Shown one piece after another: positions 38,124 through 47,727 of a stretch of DNA of 64,000 bases (position 1 is its first letter; each line of letters opens with the position of its first letter). The stretch is taken from contig JBFWWG010000016.1 of NCBI GenBank assembly GCA_050246315.1, positions 1 through 64,000 of the forward strand, read 5' to 3'. The translations under genes and the position numbers were made by a program. Under the pieces are notes generated by a model that did not search any database, was not told the origin of the DNA, and saw only the letters and a list, made by a program, of their open reading frames with translations. The DNA is from Nitrospiraceae bacterium. Lineage in GTDB: Bacteria; Nitrospirota; Nitrospiria; Nitrospirales; Nitrospiraceae.

Positions 38124-38274
38124 CTAGATATGTCTGATATGGGGTCTGGCATGCGTATTGACTTATTGGTGGACGAGCTTCTGATCGCCGAACGCCTGCC
38201 GTTGACCAACTCTCAACGGAAAGGAAAGTGCTGGTGTGATCAGTGCGCTTGAACAATGGTGCAGGGAATGAAGG

Positions 38275-38601
38275 TCAGACGATCCCGAGAAGGACGGCAA
38301 GGGAGCGGCCGACGCGGACCATCACATCGTGATCGAGCGAGCCGATGCGGGCGCCAATTGCGTCACGGGGAACGGTCACGATTTTGTTGATCATGACCTG
38401 AGTGGGCTACTTGAGGCCGCTCTCCGGGTAGGCATCCACGGAAATGCGGAGAAGGGGCGCATCAACATTTTCGGTCGTCAGCAGAAAGTTCGTCACGCTC
38501 CCAAGGGCAGAGAAGAGATCGGTTTGCTGGATCAGGGCAGGCCGCAGCTGGCCGCTATAGTGGCCCTTGGCGGCCACGGCGACAATATCGCCGCGTTTCA
38601 T
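38275..38601 (-). pseudogene. MazF/PemK toxin with in-frame TAG
   Basis: MKRGDIV...RPALI.Q...SGLK*PTQVMINKIVTVPR..IG; stop at 38407-38409. Confidence 0.82.
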
Positions 38602-38819
38602 CCGTTGTCCCAAGCGGCGACTTCCGAAGTGAAATCAAGCACGCGCTTCTCCTGCGGGGAACGGGCCGCCAGGCGCGCCTGGCGGCGGCATTCAGCCGAA
38701 AACCCGGTTGCGCGCGTATCAGGGATCCAGATCTGCACGGGACGCAGGCCATTGCGGCGCAACCGGCGTCGATAGCGGCTCTGCTTTTCCTTCGCGGTCA
38801 GAAGTGAATCAGTGGCCAT
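38598..38819 (-). CDS. MazE-like antitoxin (DUF3018 type)
   Basis: YRRRLRRNGLRPVQIWIPDTR..F..ECRRQ. Confidence 0.85.
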   Translation of the reverse strand: MATDSLLTAKEKQSRYRRRLRRNGLRPVQIWIPDTRATGFSAECRRQARLAARSPQEKRVLDFTSEVAAWDNG

Positions 38820-39180
38820 AGAGCTTCCCTTTCCGTTGCTTCCCAATGAGAGGTTGCCAGATTCTCGCGTTACCTGTTATGGAGTCCTATCAGGTAGCGC
38901 GGTGACCATTTGGTCGTGAATGTTTGGAGATGCGGCGCACAAGATGTACCCAAACATGGAGTGCTTCTCTCATGCGAATTAGGCCGCGGGCCAATAGAGT
39001 GATAGGCTTCCGGGACGGCGAGGTTCTCGGAATGGACCAGGTTGACACCCTCTCGTATTTCCCAGACAATCCCGCAGGATTCGCGCTTCGAGATAGGCAA
39101 TCACACGAGAGAGGCCGCCAGGACGCGCAGCGCGATGGCGGCCCACGTGTAGTCCGTCGCTCTTTTAGGCTCAGTGAATT

Positions 39181-39857
39181 GATGACGGAAGGCATGAGTA
39201 TGCTGAATAGAATGATCCACGGCCTCGCTCGGAGCTTCGTCACCTTGGGGGTCGGCCGCGATGCTCGTCCTGATGGCAACTCCCTCTTGGAGAGCTTTCT
39301 CGTACGGTGTCACGCCCTGAACGCTCCACGTGTCTTAGAGCTGGGCACAAAACGCTCCATCGCTTCCCGCTCCACTCGACATGACACCTGGGTTCCCCAT
39401 GCGAGCGAATATCTCGGCACCGATTTCGCCAGTGGACTTGATGTCGATATCGTTGCAGACGTGCATCGTCTTACGGCCGTCACCGGCGAAGAGCAGTTTG
39501 ATATCATCATCTCCTGTTCTACTTTCGAACACTTCAAATATCCTCACCGAGCCGCTCATGAAGTCATGAAAGCGCTTCGCGTTGGTGGCCTGTTGTTCAT
39601 TCAAACACACCAATCCTTTCCCCTTCACGCCCATCCCTATGACTACTTCCGCTTCTCGCGTGAGGCTTTGGCGGGGCTCTTCGGGACACAGATGGGCTTT
39701 CGGGTCCTTGCGACGGATTATGAGTTTCCCGTGAAGCTCTGTTCACTGCGCGTGCCGAGTGCCGTAGGTCAACCATTCTTTTGTTAACGTCCGGTTGTTC
39801 GGTGATAAGCTCAGTCCAACTCCTCAGACGTTTATCTTCGAGGACGATACCGCCTGA
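39181..39857 (+). CDS. Class I SAM-dependent methyltransferase, possibly frameshifted near the C-terminus
   Basis: VLELG, GLDVDIVADVH, FEH, H.HPYDYFRFS; ORF stops at 39787 but a plausible tail continues in another frame to 39857. Confidence 0.7.
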
Positions 39858-40429
39858 GATCTCCATTGTCGATGAGCGGCTAACAAGACTCTGATGCTGA
39901 CTCTCGGAAGCGGGGTTTGGCGATTCTCTTGTCGCTCCTCGGCCGTAGCTTAGCGGCGGCGTCAGCCATTCCGGATGGATGGCCCTGCTAGGGGCAAGTC
40001 TGGCCATCATGCACTCGCCAGCTCGAAGCGCTTCAAATGGCCGCCGGAGTTACGGGGTGGAGCGCCTTTTCCAGTCCGCAGTCAATCGATGATGCACAGA
40101 TAAGACCGATCCCAAACGTGCAAATGAATTGGTATTGACGGTAGCCTACACAACACGCAATCTTGCGTCCCGGGCGACTCTCAACAGTGACTAGGGTCAC
40201 GTAAGAAAAAGTTTGCCAAGTGGCCGCACCTCGCCCGTTCGCGATCCGGTTCTTTCACGAGTCTCATGGGACGGGCATGTCCGTGGACTATGATATCAGT
40301 CACGTATGCGTGCTCGAGGGCACAGGATGAAATGGGACACCGGCCGCGCAATCAGATACTCGGGCCTGACTAAGCCTGCAGACTAGCCCGCCATGACCCA
40401 AGGGCGCTGACCGGTGATCCCCTTCGTCC

Positions 40430-40590
40430 CTGCCATCGGACGAAACGTGTCCTGGTTCTTCAACATCGCATGGAGAATCGTGAGGAGCGTCCGCATGCAC
40501 GCTGTCCCCGCTAATTTCTTCCTCTTGCCCGCCTGTCAGGGCTGCAGGTAGAACACCCGACTCACCGGGTTCTTGCATGTCGCAGCGCTG
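40430..40590 (-). mobile_element. IS110-family transposase C-terminal remnant
   Basis: Minus frame reads NPVSRVFYLQP*QAGKRKKLAGTACMRTLLTILHAMLKN, matching the IS110 C-terminal pattern NP..FY.RL..GK.KK.A..A.MRKLL.I..AML. Confidence 0.65.
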
Positions 40591-40619
40591 TCAGTCAGGA
40601 ACAAGAAAGGTCTGGCAGG

Positions 40620-41042
40620 TTATGCCCTCTGCGGCATGATGGTCGGGATCACTTGGCGGCGGTGCTTCCGGTAGGTTCGAAAGTCTCCGTCCAGGGTGAG
40701 GAGGCGGCACTTGGCGTGGCGTTCCGCCATCCGCACAAGACAGGCGTCAGCTAACGACATCGGGACATTGCCGTATCGGCCTAGAAGTTTGGCGACGGCC
40801 TGGGTGTTGCCTTCCAGGGCGAAGCCTACCTGAAGCACGCCGCGATCGAGCAGGTATACGACGGCCTGGCTGCCGCCGGGATGATTCCGGAGCAGATGGC
40901 AGGCTTCAGCCAGCACAGCCTCACACGTGAGGAGAGGCGGGCGCAGCCGGTCCCATTGATCCTTGGCTCATCCGTGATGTCGATCGGCCCGGTTCAGAAA
41001 GGCCACCAGCGGACCCGTGTCGAGGAGCAGGACCTCCCGCAC
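40620..41042 (-). pseudogene. VapC/PIN toxin with in-frame TGA
   Basis: VLLLDTGPLVAFL..D.HHG*AK..W...TCEAVLAE, MSLADACLV, TLD.DF; stop at 40968-40970. Confidence 0.82.
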
Positions 41043-41046
41043 CGAG

Positions 41047-41286
41047 CTACCGTCCGAATCCGCGAAGATGGGTTTTGTTGGTCGAGAGATCGGCGGGACC
41101 GGTGACGCAGCCTGCGAGGTCTTTAGCGAGGTCGAGCGCTGAACCGACGACCCTCCCCCGTCACGGCTCAAGGCGGGCACGAATCGCCTCACGCATGACG
41201 TCGGACTGGGTGGTTCCTCGCTGCTTGGCCGTCGCGAGGACACGGGCATAGAGCGCATCATCCAGCTTGAGGGAGAGGGTCTTCAT
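41047..41286 (-). pseudogene. CopG/RHH antitoxin with in-frame TGA
   Basis: MKTLSLKLDD...S.VMREAI..*...DLAGCVTGPADLSTNKTHLRGFGR; stop at 41161-41163. Confidence 0.75.
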
Positions 41287-41586
41287 GGTTCGTGTCCTTG
41301 GGTGCGTCGTCGAAGCGTACTACGATAATGGCTAAATTGTATGACCACTGAGCGGCTGCGTCATGCCGCATGGCGTGACCAGGCATGAGAAAGGCTTGTC
41401 CGGCGAGGGCGCCTTTCCCCACCGAGGCCGCCGTGGCCGGGGCAGCGGATCTGAGAAGTCGAGCTCAGGTCCTGCATGGCAATGGAGTGAAGGAGGAAGC
41501 GGGTTCGTTGATTAGACGGTGCGGAATCGCATCTGCGCCACAGCCCATCACGAGGAGGGCCTCGGGCCGTGCGCGCGCGGCGTCGG

Positions 41587-42231
41587 CTACGCCGCTTCGT
41601 CTTTCACGCCCGTGGCTTGCCGGACAATCGTTCGAACCTGTTCCTGAATGTCGTCCACTACGGCTTTCATTCTGGCGTGATGCCAGAAGAGGGCGACGAG
41701 CAGCATGACCAAGAGCACGAGCATGACGCCTGCAATACGGATGGCCGGTTCGAGCCGCTCTTGCAAAGACGTGACCAGCGTCGTCCGGCTCCATCCGACA
41801 AGGCCTGGTCCGTCGGAGATCGGCACGAACAGAATCGTCACCAGTTCCCCTCGCTCACCGGAAGCTGAGACCGCGGAGGAGGTTCGACCCGACTTGGCGC
41901 CGCTCCACTCCGGTCCCTCGAACTGGCGTCCGATCATTCCGCGATCGGTGGCGGCGAGGATGCGGCCCTTGGCATCGGCAACTTCTGCAGAAGCCAGGTG
42001 TGGGGCAGGCACGAGGCGATCCAAGGCTTGCTGAAGGGCGGTGGGATCTTGCTTGAGCAAGGTCCGTGTGGTTTCGAGCAGTTGTGCAAAGCTCTCGCCG
42101 CGTTGTTGCAGACCGGCTACGAGCCCCTGATCCTCGTAATACAACAAGCATGTCGTCGCAGCCAGCACGAGCAGGATCGCGATGGTGCAGGGGCCTGTGA
42201 CGGAGGGGTAGTTCGCCGCATTCTTTTTCAT
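41587..42231 (-). CDS. Two-TM membrane protein with Cache-like periplasmic region and no output domain
   Basis: TM-(VADAKGRILAATD..IG..F)-TM architecture. Confidence 0.6.
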   Translation of the reverse strand: MKKNAANYPSVTGPCTIAILLVLAATTCLLYYEDQGLVAGLQQRGESFAQLLETTRTLLKQDPTALQQALDRLVPAPHLASAEVADAKGRILAATDRGMIGRQFEGPEWSGAKSGRTSSAVSASGERGELVTILFVPISDGPGLVGWSRTTLVTSLQERLEPAIRIAGVMLVLLVMLLVALFWHHARMKAVVDDIQEQVRTIVRQATGVKDEAA

Positions 42232-42444
42232 ATCGGAACTCCTCCGACGTTGATCCTTGGCTAGACGGTCGTCTCAGCGCTTCCGATAAACCTAACAGAA
42301 GAGGAATGAGTGTCAACGAATGGCCGCAAAGCGGCGGTCAGTCGAATCAGCGGAGAATGTGGGTTCTTCGCGGAAGAATCGTCACGATCGTTCCAGCGAC
42401 GAAGCGAGCGCACGCGAATATGGGCACTGGATGTTTGAAGACGG

Positions 42445-43275
42445 CTAAGACGAGGTGTCGACCGGCATCCCGTCGGCGTCGCATCGGACTTGAAAGACCG
42501 CTCGATCCTCTAGGCGCAAGGCTGTGAGGGCTCGGCCCCAGACGCAGCCGCTGTCGAGTCCCAAAAATCGTGGCGTGAGGTGCAGGCCCAATGCCGACCA
42601 GTGGCCGCAGACCAATGTCTCCCTGTCCTGCTCCCGCTGTTCGATTTCAAACCACGGTTTGAACCCGGGGGGAATGTCCTTCACTTCTCCCTTGAACGTG
42701 TGGTGAATTTCTCCGGCAGGGGTACAGATCCTTAATCGGGTCAAGGCGTCCGTGATCGTCTTCAAGCGGACCGAGCCGGTCAAGCTGTCCGACCAGAGCC
42801 GTCGCTCCTGCGTGAAGAGGCTATGGAGCACCGACCGATACGCCGGACCGCGCAGGGCTTCCTCCACTTCTCTGGCCAGCGTCGCGGCCTCGGTGACCTG
42901 CCATTGCGGCAAGAGGCCGGCATGGACGAGGACGTGTTGCTGCTCCCGGTGTAGAAGCGGTCGATGCCGCAACCAATGAAGGAGCTCGTCACGATCCGGA
43001 GCGGTGAGGACATCCTTGAAGGTGTCACGTGGGCGGAGAGGAAGGATTCCTTCGGCGACCGCCAGCAAATAGAGATCGTGGTTGCCCAGCACCACCACGC
43101 TCCGGTCGCCGAGCTGCTTGACGTACCGGAGGACGGCCAAAGACTCCGAACCACGATTGACGAGGTCCCCGACGAACCAGAGCCGGTCGGTTTCCGGGCG
43201 CCATGGAACCCTGGCGAGGAGCTGCCGCAAAGCCGTATAGCAACCTTGAATATCTCCGAAGGCGTAAATGGCCAT
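42445..43275 (-). CDS. apaH: Symmetrical bis(5'-nucleosyl)-tetraphosphatase
   Basis: GDIQGC, GDLVNRG, LGNHDL, VHAG, GHWSALG, LDSGCVWG. Confidence 0.93.
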   Translation of the reverse strand: MAIYAFGDIQGCYTALRQLLARVPWRPETDRLWFVGDLVNRGSESLAVLRYVKQLGDRSVVVLGNHDLYLLAVAEGILPLRPRDTFKDVLTAPDRDELLHWLRHRPLLHREQQHVLVHAGLLPQWQVTEAATLAREVEEALRGPAYRSVLHSLFTQERRLWSDSLTGSVRLKTITDALTRLRICTPAGEIHHTFKGEVKDIPPGFKPWFEIEQREQDRETLVCGHWSALGLHLTPRFLGLDSGCVWGRALTALRLEDRAVFQVRCDADGMPVDTSS

Positions 43276-43391
43276 GTGTCCTTAGTAGAAAGACAATCGA
43301 CAAAGCCTAGCGTCGCTGACGCCAATTTACAAGGTTGTGGAGCTTGAGCGGTGGTGAGCCGGACTCGCCTCGATGTGCCGTCTACTGTACA

Positions 43392-45563
43392 TTAGGCCGC
43401 CGGTCGATTGCGGACTTTCGGATCGGGTTTGTTGGTGAGCAGTTGGGTCATCTCCCGCGACGTCCTCGGAGGACTATAGAGAAAACCCTGCACTTCTTCG
43501 CAGCCCGCCCGTTGCAGCGCCTCGAGCTGCGCCTGCGTTTCGACTCCTTCCGCAATGGCGCGACACCTCAAGCTGTGTGCCAACGTGATCAACGCTGCGG
43601 TCAAGCCGGCCGATCCCTCCGTGGCGCTCGCATCCTGGATGAAGGAGTGGTCGATCTTTACGGCGTCCATCGGGAGGAGGCGCAGTTCCCGGAGCGAGGT
43701 GAACCCGGTTCCGAAATCGTCCAAGGCGATACGGACGCCCAGCGCCTTGAGGTGCTTGAGGACCTTCAGTGAGTGATCGAGGTCCCGCATGATCATGCTC
43801 TCCGTCACCTCCAACTCAAGATACTCGGGGTGGCGTCCCATGTCCTGCACGGCAAGACTGATTGTTTCGACGAGTCCTGGATGCCGAAAATGAGCCGTTG
43901 ACAGGTTTACGGCCACGCGAACGGGAGGCAAGCCGGCCTCTTGCCAGGTCTTCTGTTGACGACAGGCGGCCCCGATCACCCATTCACCGATCGCAATCGT
44001 CAACCCGGCCTCCTCGGCGCAGGCGAGGAATTGGGCCGGCCCGAGCAGCCCGCGCGTGGGATGGCGCCAGCGCAGAAAGGCCTCGACGCCTCTGATCGCC
44101 CATCGTTTGATGTCCACCTGGGGTTGATAGTGCAGCACGAATTCGTTCTGCTGGAGGGCGCGCCGTAAGTCGGCTTCCAGGCCCAGGCGCTCCGCCTGGT
44201 TGGTGCGCAACTCTTGGGTGAAATACACAAAGCGGGTGCCTCCTTTGGCCTTGGCGCTTTGGAGTGCGGCATCGGCCTGTTGGAGCAGTGTCGGGATATC
44301 ATCGGCATCGGAGGGAAACACTGCGATGCCGAGGCTGGCCGAGAGGGTGATCTCTCTCTGTCCGATCAGGAACGGGCGTTGAATCGCGGCGAGCAGCCTG
44401 CGGGCCATTTTGGCGGCGTCGCGCGGCGCCCGAAGGTGGGGCATCAGGAGAGAAAAGGAATCGGCAACCAGACGGGCGAAGGTGTAGGAGGCGGGTTGAT
44501 GATTGGCTCCGGCAAGGCTGTCGCCCCGTCTCACGCAATCCTGAAGGCGATCTGCCACGGCCTGGAGCACCTCGTCTCCGACTGTCAGACCCATCGTCTC
44601 GTTGATTCGCCGGAAATGATCCAGGTTGAGCATCAACACCGCACCGGTCTCCCCGGTCTGCTGCGCCGACTCCACGGCCTGTCTTAGCCGTTCTTCAAAC
44701 AGTAGGCGGTTCGGCAGATTGGTGAGCCGATCGTAAAAGGTGGAGAGAAACATCTGGGCTTCCGCGTTTCGCCGAACCGTGATGTCCTGGATGGTGCCGG
44801 TGACGGTGAGGACGCGACCCTGGTCGTCGCAGGAGGGCGTGCCCCGTTCGGTCACGATTCGCTCTTCTCCGCCCGGCCGGACGATCCGGTAGTCCACTTC
44901 ATAGTCTCGGCGCAACGCCAGGGCTTCCTCCAGGGATTGGCGGACCAATTCCTGGTCGTCCGGATGCACGTTCTGGAGATAGGCTTCAGGGGTCCAGTCC
45001 AACTGATCCGACGGAAACCCGAGAATTCGGCAGACCTCCTCGGACACCATGAATCGGTTGGTTCGAAGCGTCCAGGTCCAACTGCCGAGGTGGGCGAGGT
45101 GCTGGGCGCGAGCTAAGCCGGCCTGGCTCTCATGTAAGGCTTCCAGCACGCGACCGGTTCGAAGCATATACCGGACCCGATGACTGAGGATCACAATCTG
45201 CCAGGGCTTGGCGATGAAGTCGGTCGCGCCCACTTCGTACGCCTTTTCGATGGACTCGAGGTCGTCGAGTCCGGTCATGATTAAGATGGGTGTGAGGGTT
45301 CCGCCCGGCAGGTGGCGGATGGCATGGCAGGCCTCGAAGCCGTCCATCACCGGCATGAGCACGTCCAGGAGCACGATGGCCGGGCGAATCTGTTTGAAGA
45401 GTCGGACGGCTTCCTGTCCGTCGGCGGCTTCCTCCACCTCGAGCCCGATCTGTTCGAGCACCTGGCGGGCCAACATCCTCATCGTCGCATCATCGTCCAC
45501 GATGAGGGCGATCGCCTGGGGATCGGATTGGTCGTCATTCATTGGGGTGACCTGTTCTTCCAC
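43392..45563 (-). CDS. REC-PAS-GGDEF(degenerate)-EAL protein
   Basis: REC IVDDD/LLDVLMP; PAS; GGDEF site reads RLVADSF; EAL domain EAFLRW, DDFGTG, AEGVE. Confidence 0.88.
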   Translation of the reverse strand: MEEQVTPMNDDQSDPQAIALIVDDDATMRMLARQVLEQIGLEVEEAADGQEAVRLFKQIRPAIVLLDVLMPVMDGFEACHAIRHLPGGTLTPILIMTGLDDLESIEKAYEVGATDFIAKPWQIVILSHRVRYMLRTGRVLEALHESQAGLARAQHLAHLGSWTWTLRTNRFMVSEEVCRILGFPSDQLDWTPEAYLQNVHPDDQELVRQSLEEALALRRDYEVDYRIVRPGGEERIVTERGTPSCDDQGRVLTVTGTIQDITVRRNAEAQMFLSTFYDRLTNLPNRLLFEERLRQAVESAQQTGETGAVLMLNLDHFRRINETMGLTVGDEVLQAVADRLQDCVRRGDSLAGANHQPASYTFARLVADSFSLLMPHLRAPRDAAKMARRLLAAIQRPFLIGQREITLSASLGIAVFPSDADDIPTLLQQADAALQSAKAKGGTRFVYFTQELRTNQAERLGLEADLRRALQQNEFVLHYQPQVDIKRWAIRGVEAFLRWRHPTRGLLGPAQFLACAEEAGLTIAIGEWVIGAACRQQKTWQEAGLPPVRVAVNLSTAHFRHPGLVETISLAVQDMGRHPEYLELEVTESMIMRDLDHSLKVLKHLKALGVRIALDDFGTGFTSLRELRLLPMDAVKIDHSFIQDASATEGSAGLTAALITLAHSLRCRAIAEGVETQAQLEALQRAGCEEVQGFLYSPPRTSREMTQLLTNKPDPKVRNRPAA

Positions 45564-45591
45564 AGCAATCCTGGCGCTCCCGTGCGCCTGC

Positions 45592-47727
45592 TCATACCGG
45601 TGGCACGATTGGTCTCATCAAGAGCGAGGGAATGCAATCGCTCGGCACAGGCGGGCTAAAGAGATATCCTTGGGCCTCGTCGCACCCCAATTGGCGGAGC
45701 AACGAAAGTTGCGGCTGGGTTTCAATGCCCTCCGCCAGCACCCGCAAATTGCGCGCGTGGGCGATGGCGATCATGGCTTTGGCGATCGTCGCATCCGTCT
45801 CGTTCGTCGCCACGTCCGTGATGAACGAACGATCGATCTTGACGGTGTCGAAGGGAAGCGTGCGGAGATGACCGATCGACGAGTGGCCGGTCCCGAAATC
45901 GTCAAGAGCCAACCGTATGCCGATCCCCGTCAACTGCTGCATCATGATGGCGGCTTCTTCCGGTTGAGGCATCATGATCGTTTCGGTCAGTTCCAATTCA
46001 AGACGCGCGGGAGCGAACCCAGTCTCACGCAAGAGGCGAGAGAGTCGCGTGACCAGGCCGCGATCACTGAATTGCGCATTGGAGACGTTCACCGCCAGGA
46101 TGAGCGGAGAGCCGTCCGGAGATCGCCAGAGCGCGGCTTCCCGACAGGCCGTGTCCAGCACCCATTCCCCCACAGCCTGTCCAAGCCCGATCTCATCGAC
46201 CAGGTCAACAAACCGTCCGGGCAACAGCAGGCCTCGGGTGGGGTGCGCCCACCTCACCAGGGCCTCGACGCCGATGACCTGCCCCGTGTGGAGGTCCACC
46301 AGGGGCTGGTAATGGAGGCGAAGCTCCTCGCGTTCGATGGCCCGCCTGAGGTCATTCTCCAGCGCCAGCCGGTCCGCCGCGAGCTCGTTCATGGACCGTG
46401 AATAGAACCGGTAGTTGTTGCGGCCTTCGTTCTTCGCCTGATACATCGCCGTGTCGGCATTCTTGAGCAACTCTTCCAGATTCTCGCCGTCGGCCGGGTG
46501 GAGCGAGATCCCAATACTGCCTGTGATGAAGACTTCCCGCCCTTCCAGCAGGAATGGATGAGCGATGGCGGTCAAAATTCGGCGTGCAATCCCGCTGGCA
46601 TGGTCGGGTTGGCGCAGCTCGGGGAGCAGAATGGTGAACTCGTCTCCGCCGAGCCGCGCCACCGCCCCGGCCGTTTCCGAAGAGCCGGGTCGGATCACGG
46701 AGTCGGAGGCGCGGATCGCCTCCATGATCCGCTCGGCGGCCTGCTTCAACAGGGCGTCGCCGGCCGAATGGCCCAGCGAATCGTTGATGAACTTGAACCG
46801 GTCGATATCCAGGAACAGAATTCCCAGCATCGCGTGATGTCGCTGGGCGGCAGCTAAGGCCTGCTGAGCCCGATCTCGAAAGAGGAGCCGGTTGGGCAGT
46901 CCGGTCAGACTGTCGTAGTAGGCCAGATGGTGGATATGCTCCTCGATCCGGCGGCGTTCCGTAATGTCCTGCACGGTGCCTGTCAGACTGGCCGCGGTTT
47001 GGCCATCCTCGGCCGACAGCGCGCGGGCTTGAAGGCTGACGGTCCGGTGCTCTCCGTCCGGCATCGTCAACGTATGTTCCTGGCGAGAGGGCTGGTGCGA
47101 GACGAAGTTTCCCTGCAGCACGCTTTTGAATAATCCGCCAACCGCAGGAGGAGCGAGAGACACAAACTCATCCAACGATCCTGAAAATTCTCGAATGGAT
47201 AGCCCCAGGATGATCGCGGCTCGCTCGGAGACCCGCAATTGACGCTTCGCGGTATCCCACTCCCAACTGCCGACCTGCGCCAGGTGCTGAGCATGGGCCA
47301 AATGCTCCTTGCTGCGGGACAGTTCGCGGAGTGCGGCACCCGCTCGGAGGAGGTAGCGGACGCGATGGCCCAGAATGAGCGGATTGAACGGCTTGGACAT
47401 GAAATCCGTCCCGCCGGCCTCGTAGGCGCGCGCCACCGACTCCGTGTCATCATGCGAGGTCATGAAGACGATCGGAACATGGGTCGCCTGGGGGAGCTGT
47501 CTCAGCGACGAGCACGTGGCGAATCCATCCATGCCGGGCATGACCACGTCCATCAACACCAGATCGGGTTTGAGCGAAGGGAACTGTGTCACGGCATCAC
47601 GACCGGACGAGACGGCTTCGACGTCGAAGCCGGCCTGCACGAGGGTGTCGCCGACCAGGGCACGGATGCCCGCCTCGTCATCCACGACCAGCACGAGCGG
47701 GCGCTTGACCGTCGGGGCTCCGGTCAT
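45592..47727 (-). CDS. REC-PAS-GGDEF-EAL protein
   Basis: VVDDE/LMDVVMP; RLGGDEF; EALVRW; DDFGTG; ATG 47727 overlaps the kinase stop. Confidence 0.9.
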   Translation of the reverse strand: MTGAPTVKRPLVLVVDDEAGIRALVGDTLVQAGFDVEAVSSGRDAVTQFPSLKPDLVLMDVVMPGMDGFATCSSLRQLPQATHVPIVFMTSHDDTESVARAYEAGGTDFMSKPFNPLILGHRVRYLLRAGAALRELSRSKEHLAHAQHLAQVGSWEWDTAKRQLRVSERAAIILGLSIREFSGSLDEFVSLAPPAVGGLFKSVLQGNFVSHQPSRQEHTLTMPDGEHRTVSLQARALSAEDGQTAASLTGTVQDITERRRIEEHIHHLAYYDSLTGLPNRLLFRDRAQQALAAAQRHHAMLGILFLDIDRFKFINDSLGHSAGDALLKQAAERIMEAIRASDSVIRPGSSETAGAVARLGGDEFTILLPELRQPDHASGIARRILTAIAHPFLLEGREVFITGSIGISLHPADGENLEELLKNADTAMYQAKNEGRNNYRFYSRSMNELAADRLALENDLRRAIEREELRLHYQPLVDLHTGQVIGVEALVRWAHPTRGLLLPGRFVDLVDEIGLGQAVGEWVLDTACREAALWRSPDGSPLILAVNVSNAQFSDRGLVTRLSRLLRETGFAPARLELELTETIMMPQPEEAAIMMQQLTGIGIRLALDDFGTGHSSIGHLRTLPFDTVKIDRSFITDVATNETDATIAKAMIAIAHARNLRVLAEGIETQPQLSLLRQLGCDEAQGYLFSPPVPSDCIPSLLMRPIVPPV

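Noticed and set aside
40968..41163. Selenocysteine or recoded TGA in the VapC/RHH pair
   Set aside because: The positions correspond to Trp and a variable residue, not Cys; other TA genes are broken by TAA and TAG, and TGA is the normal stop in core genes here.
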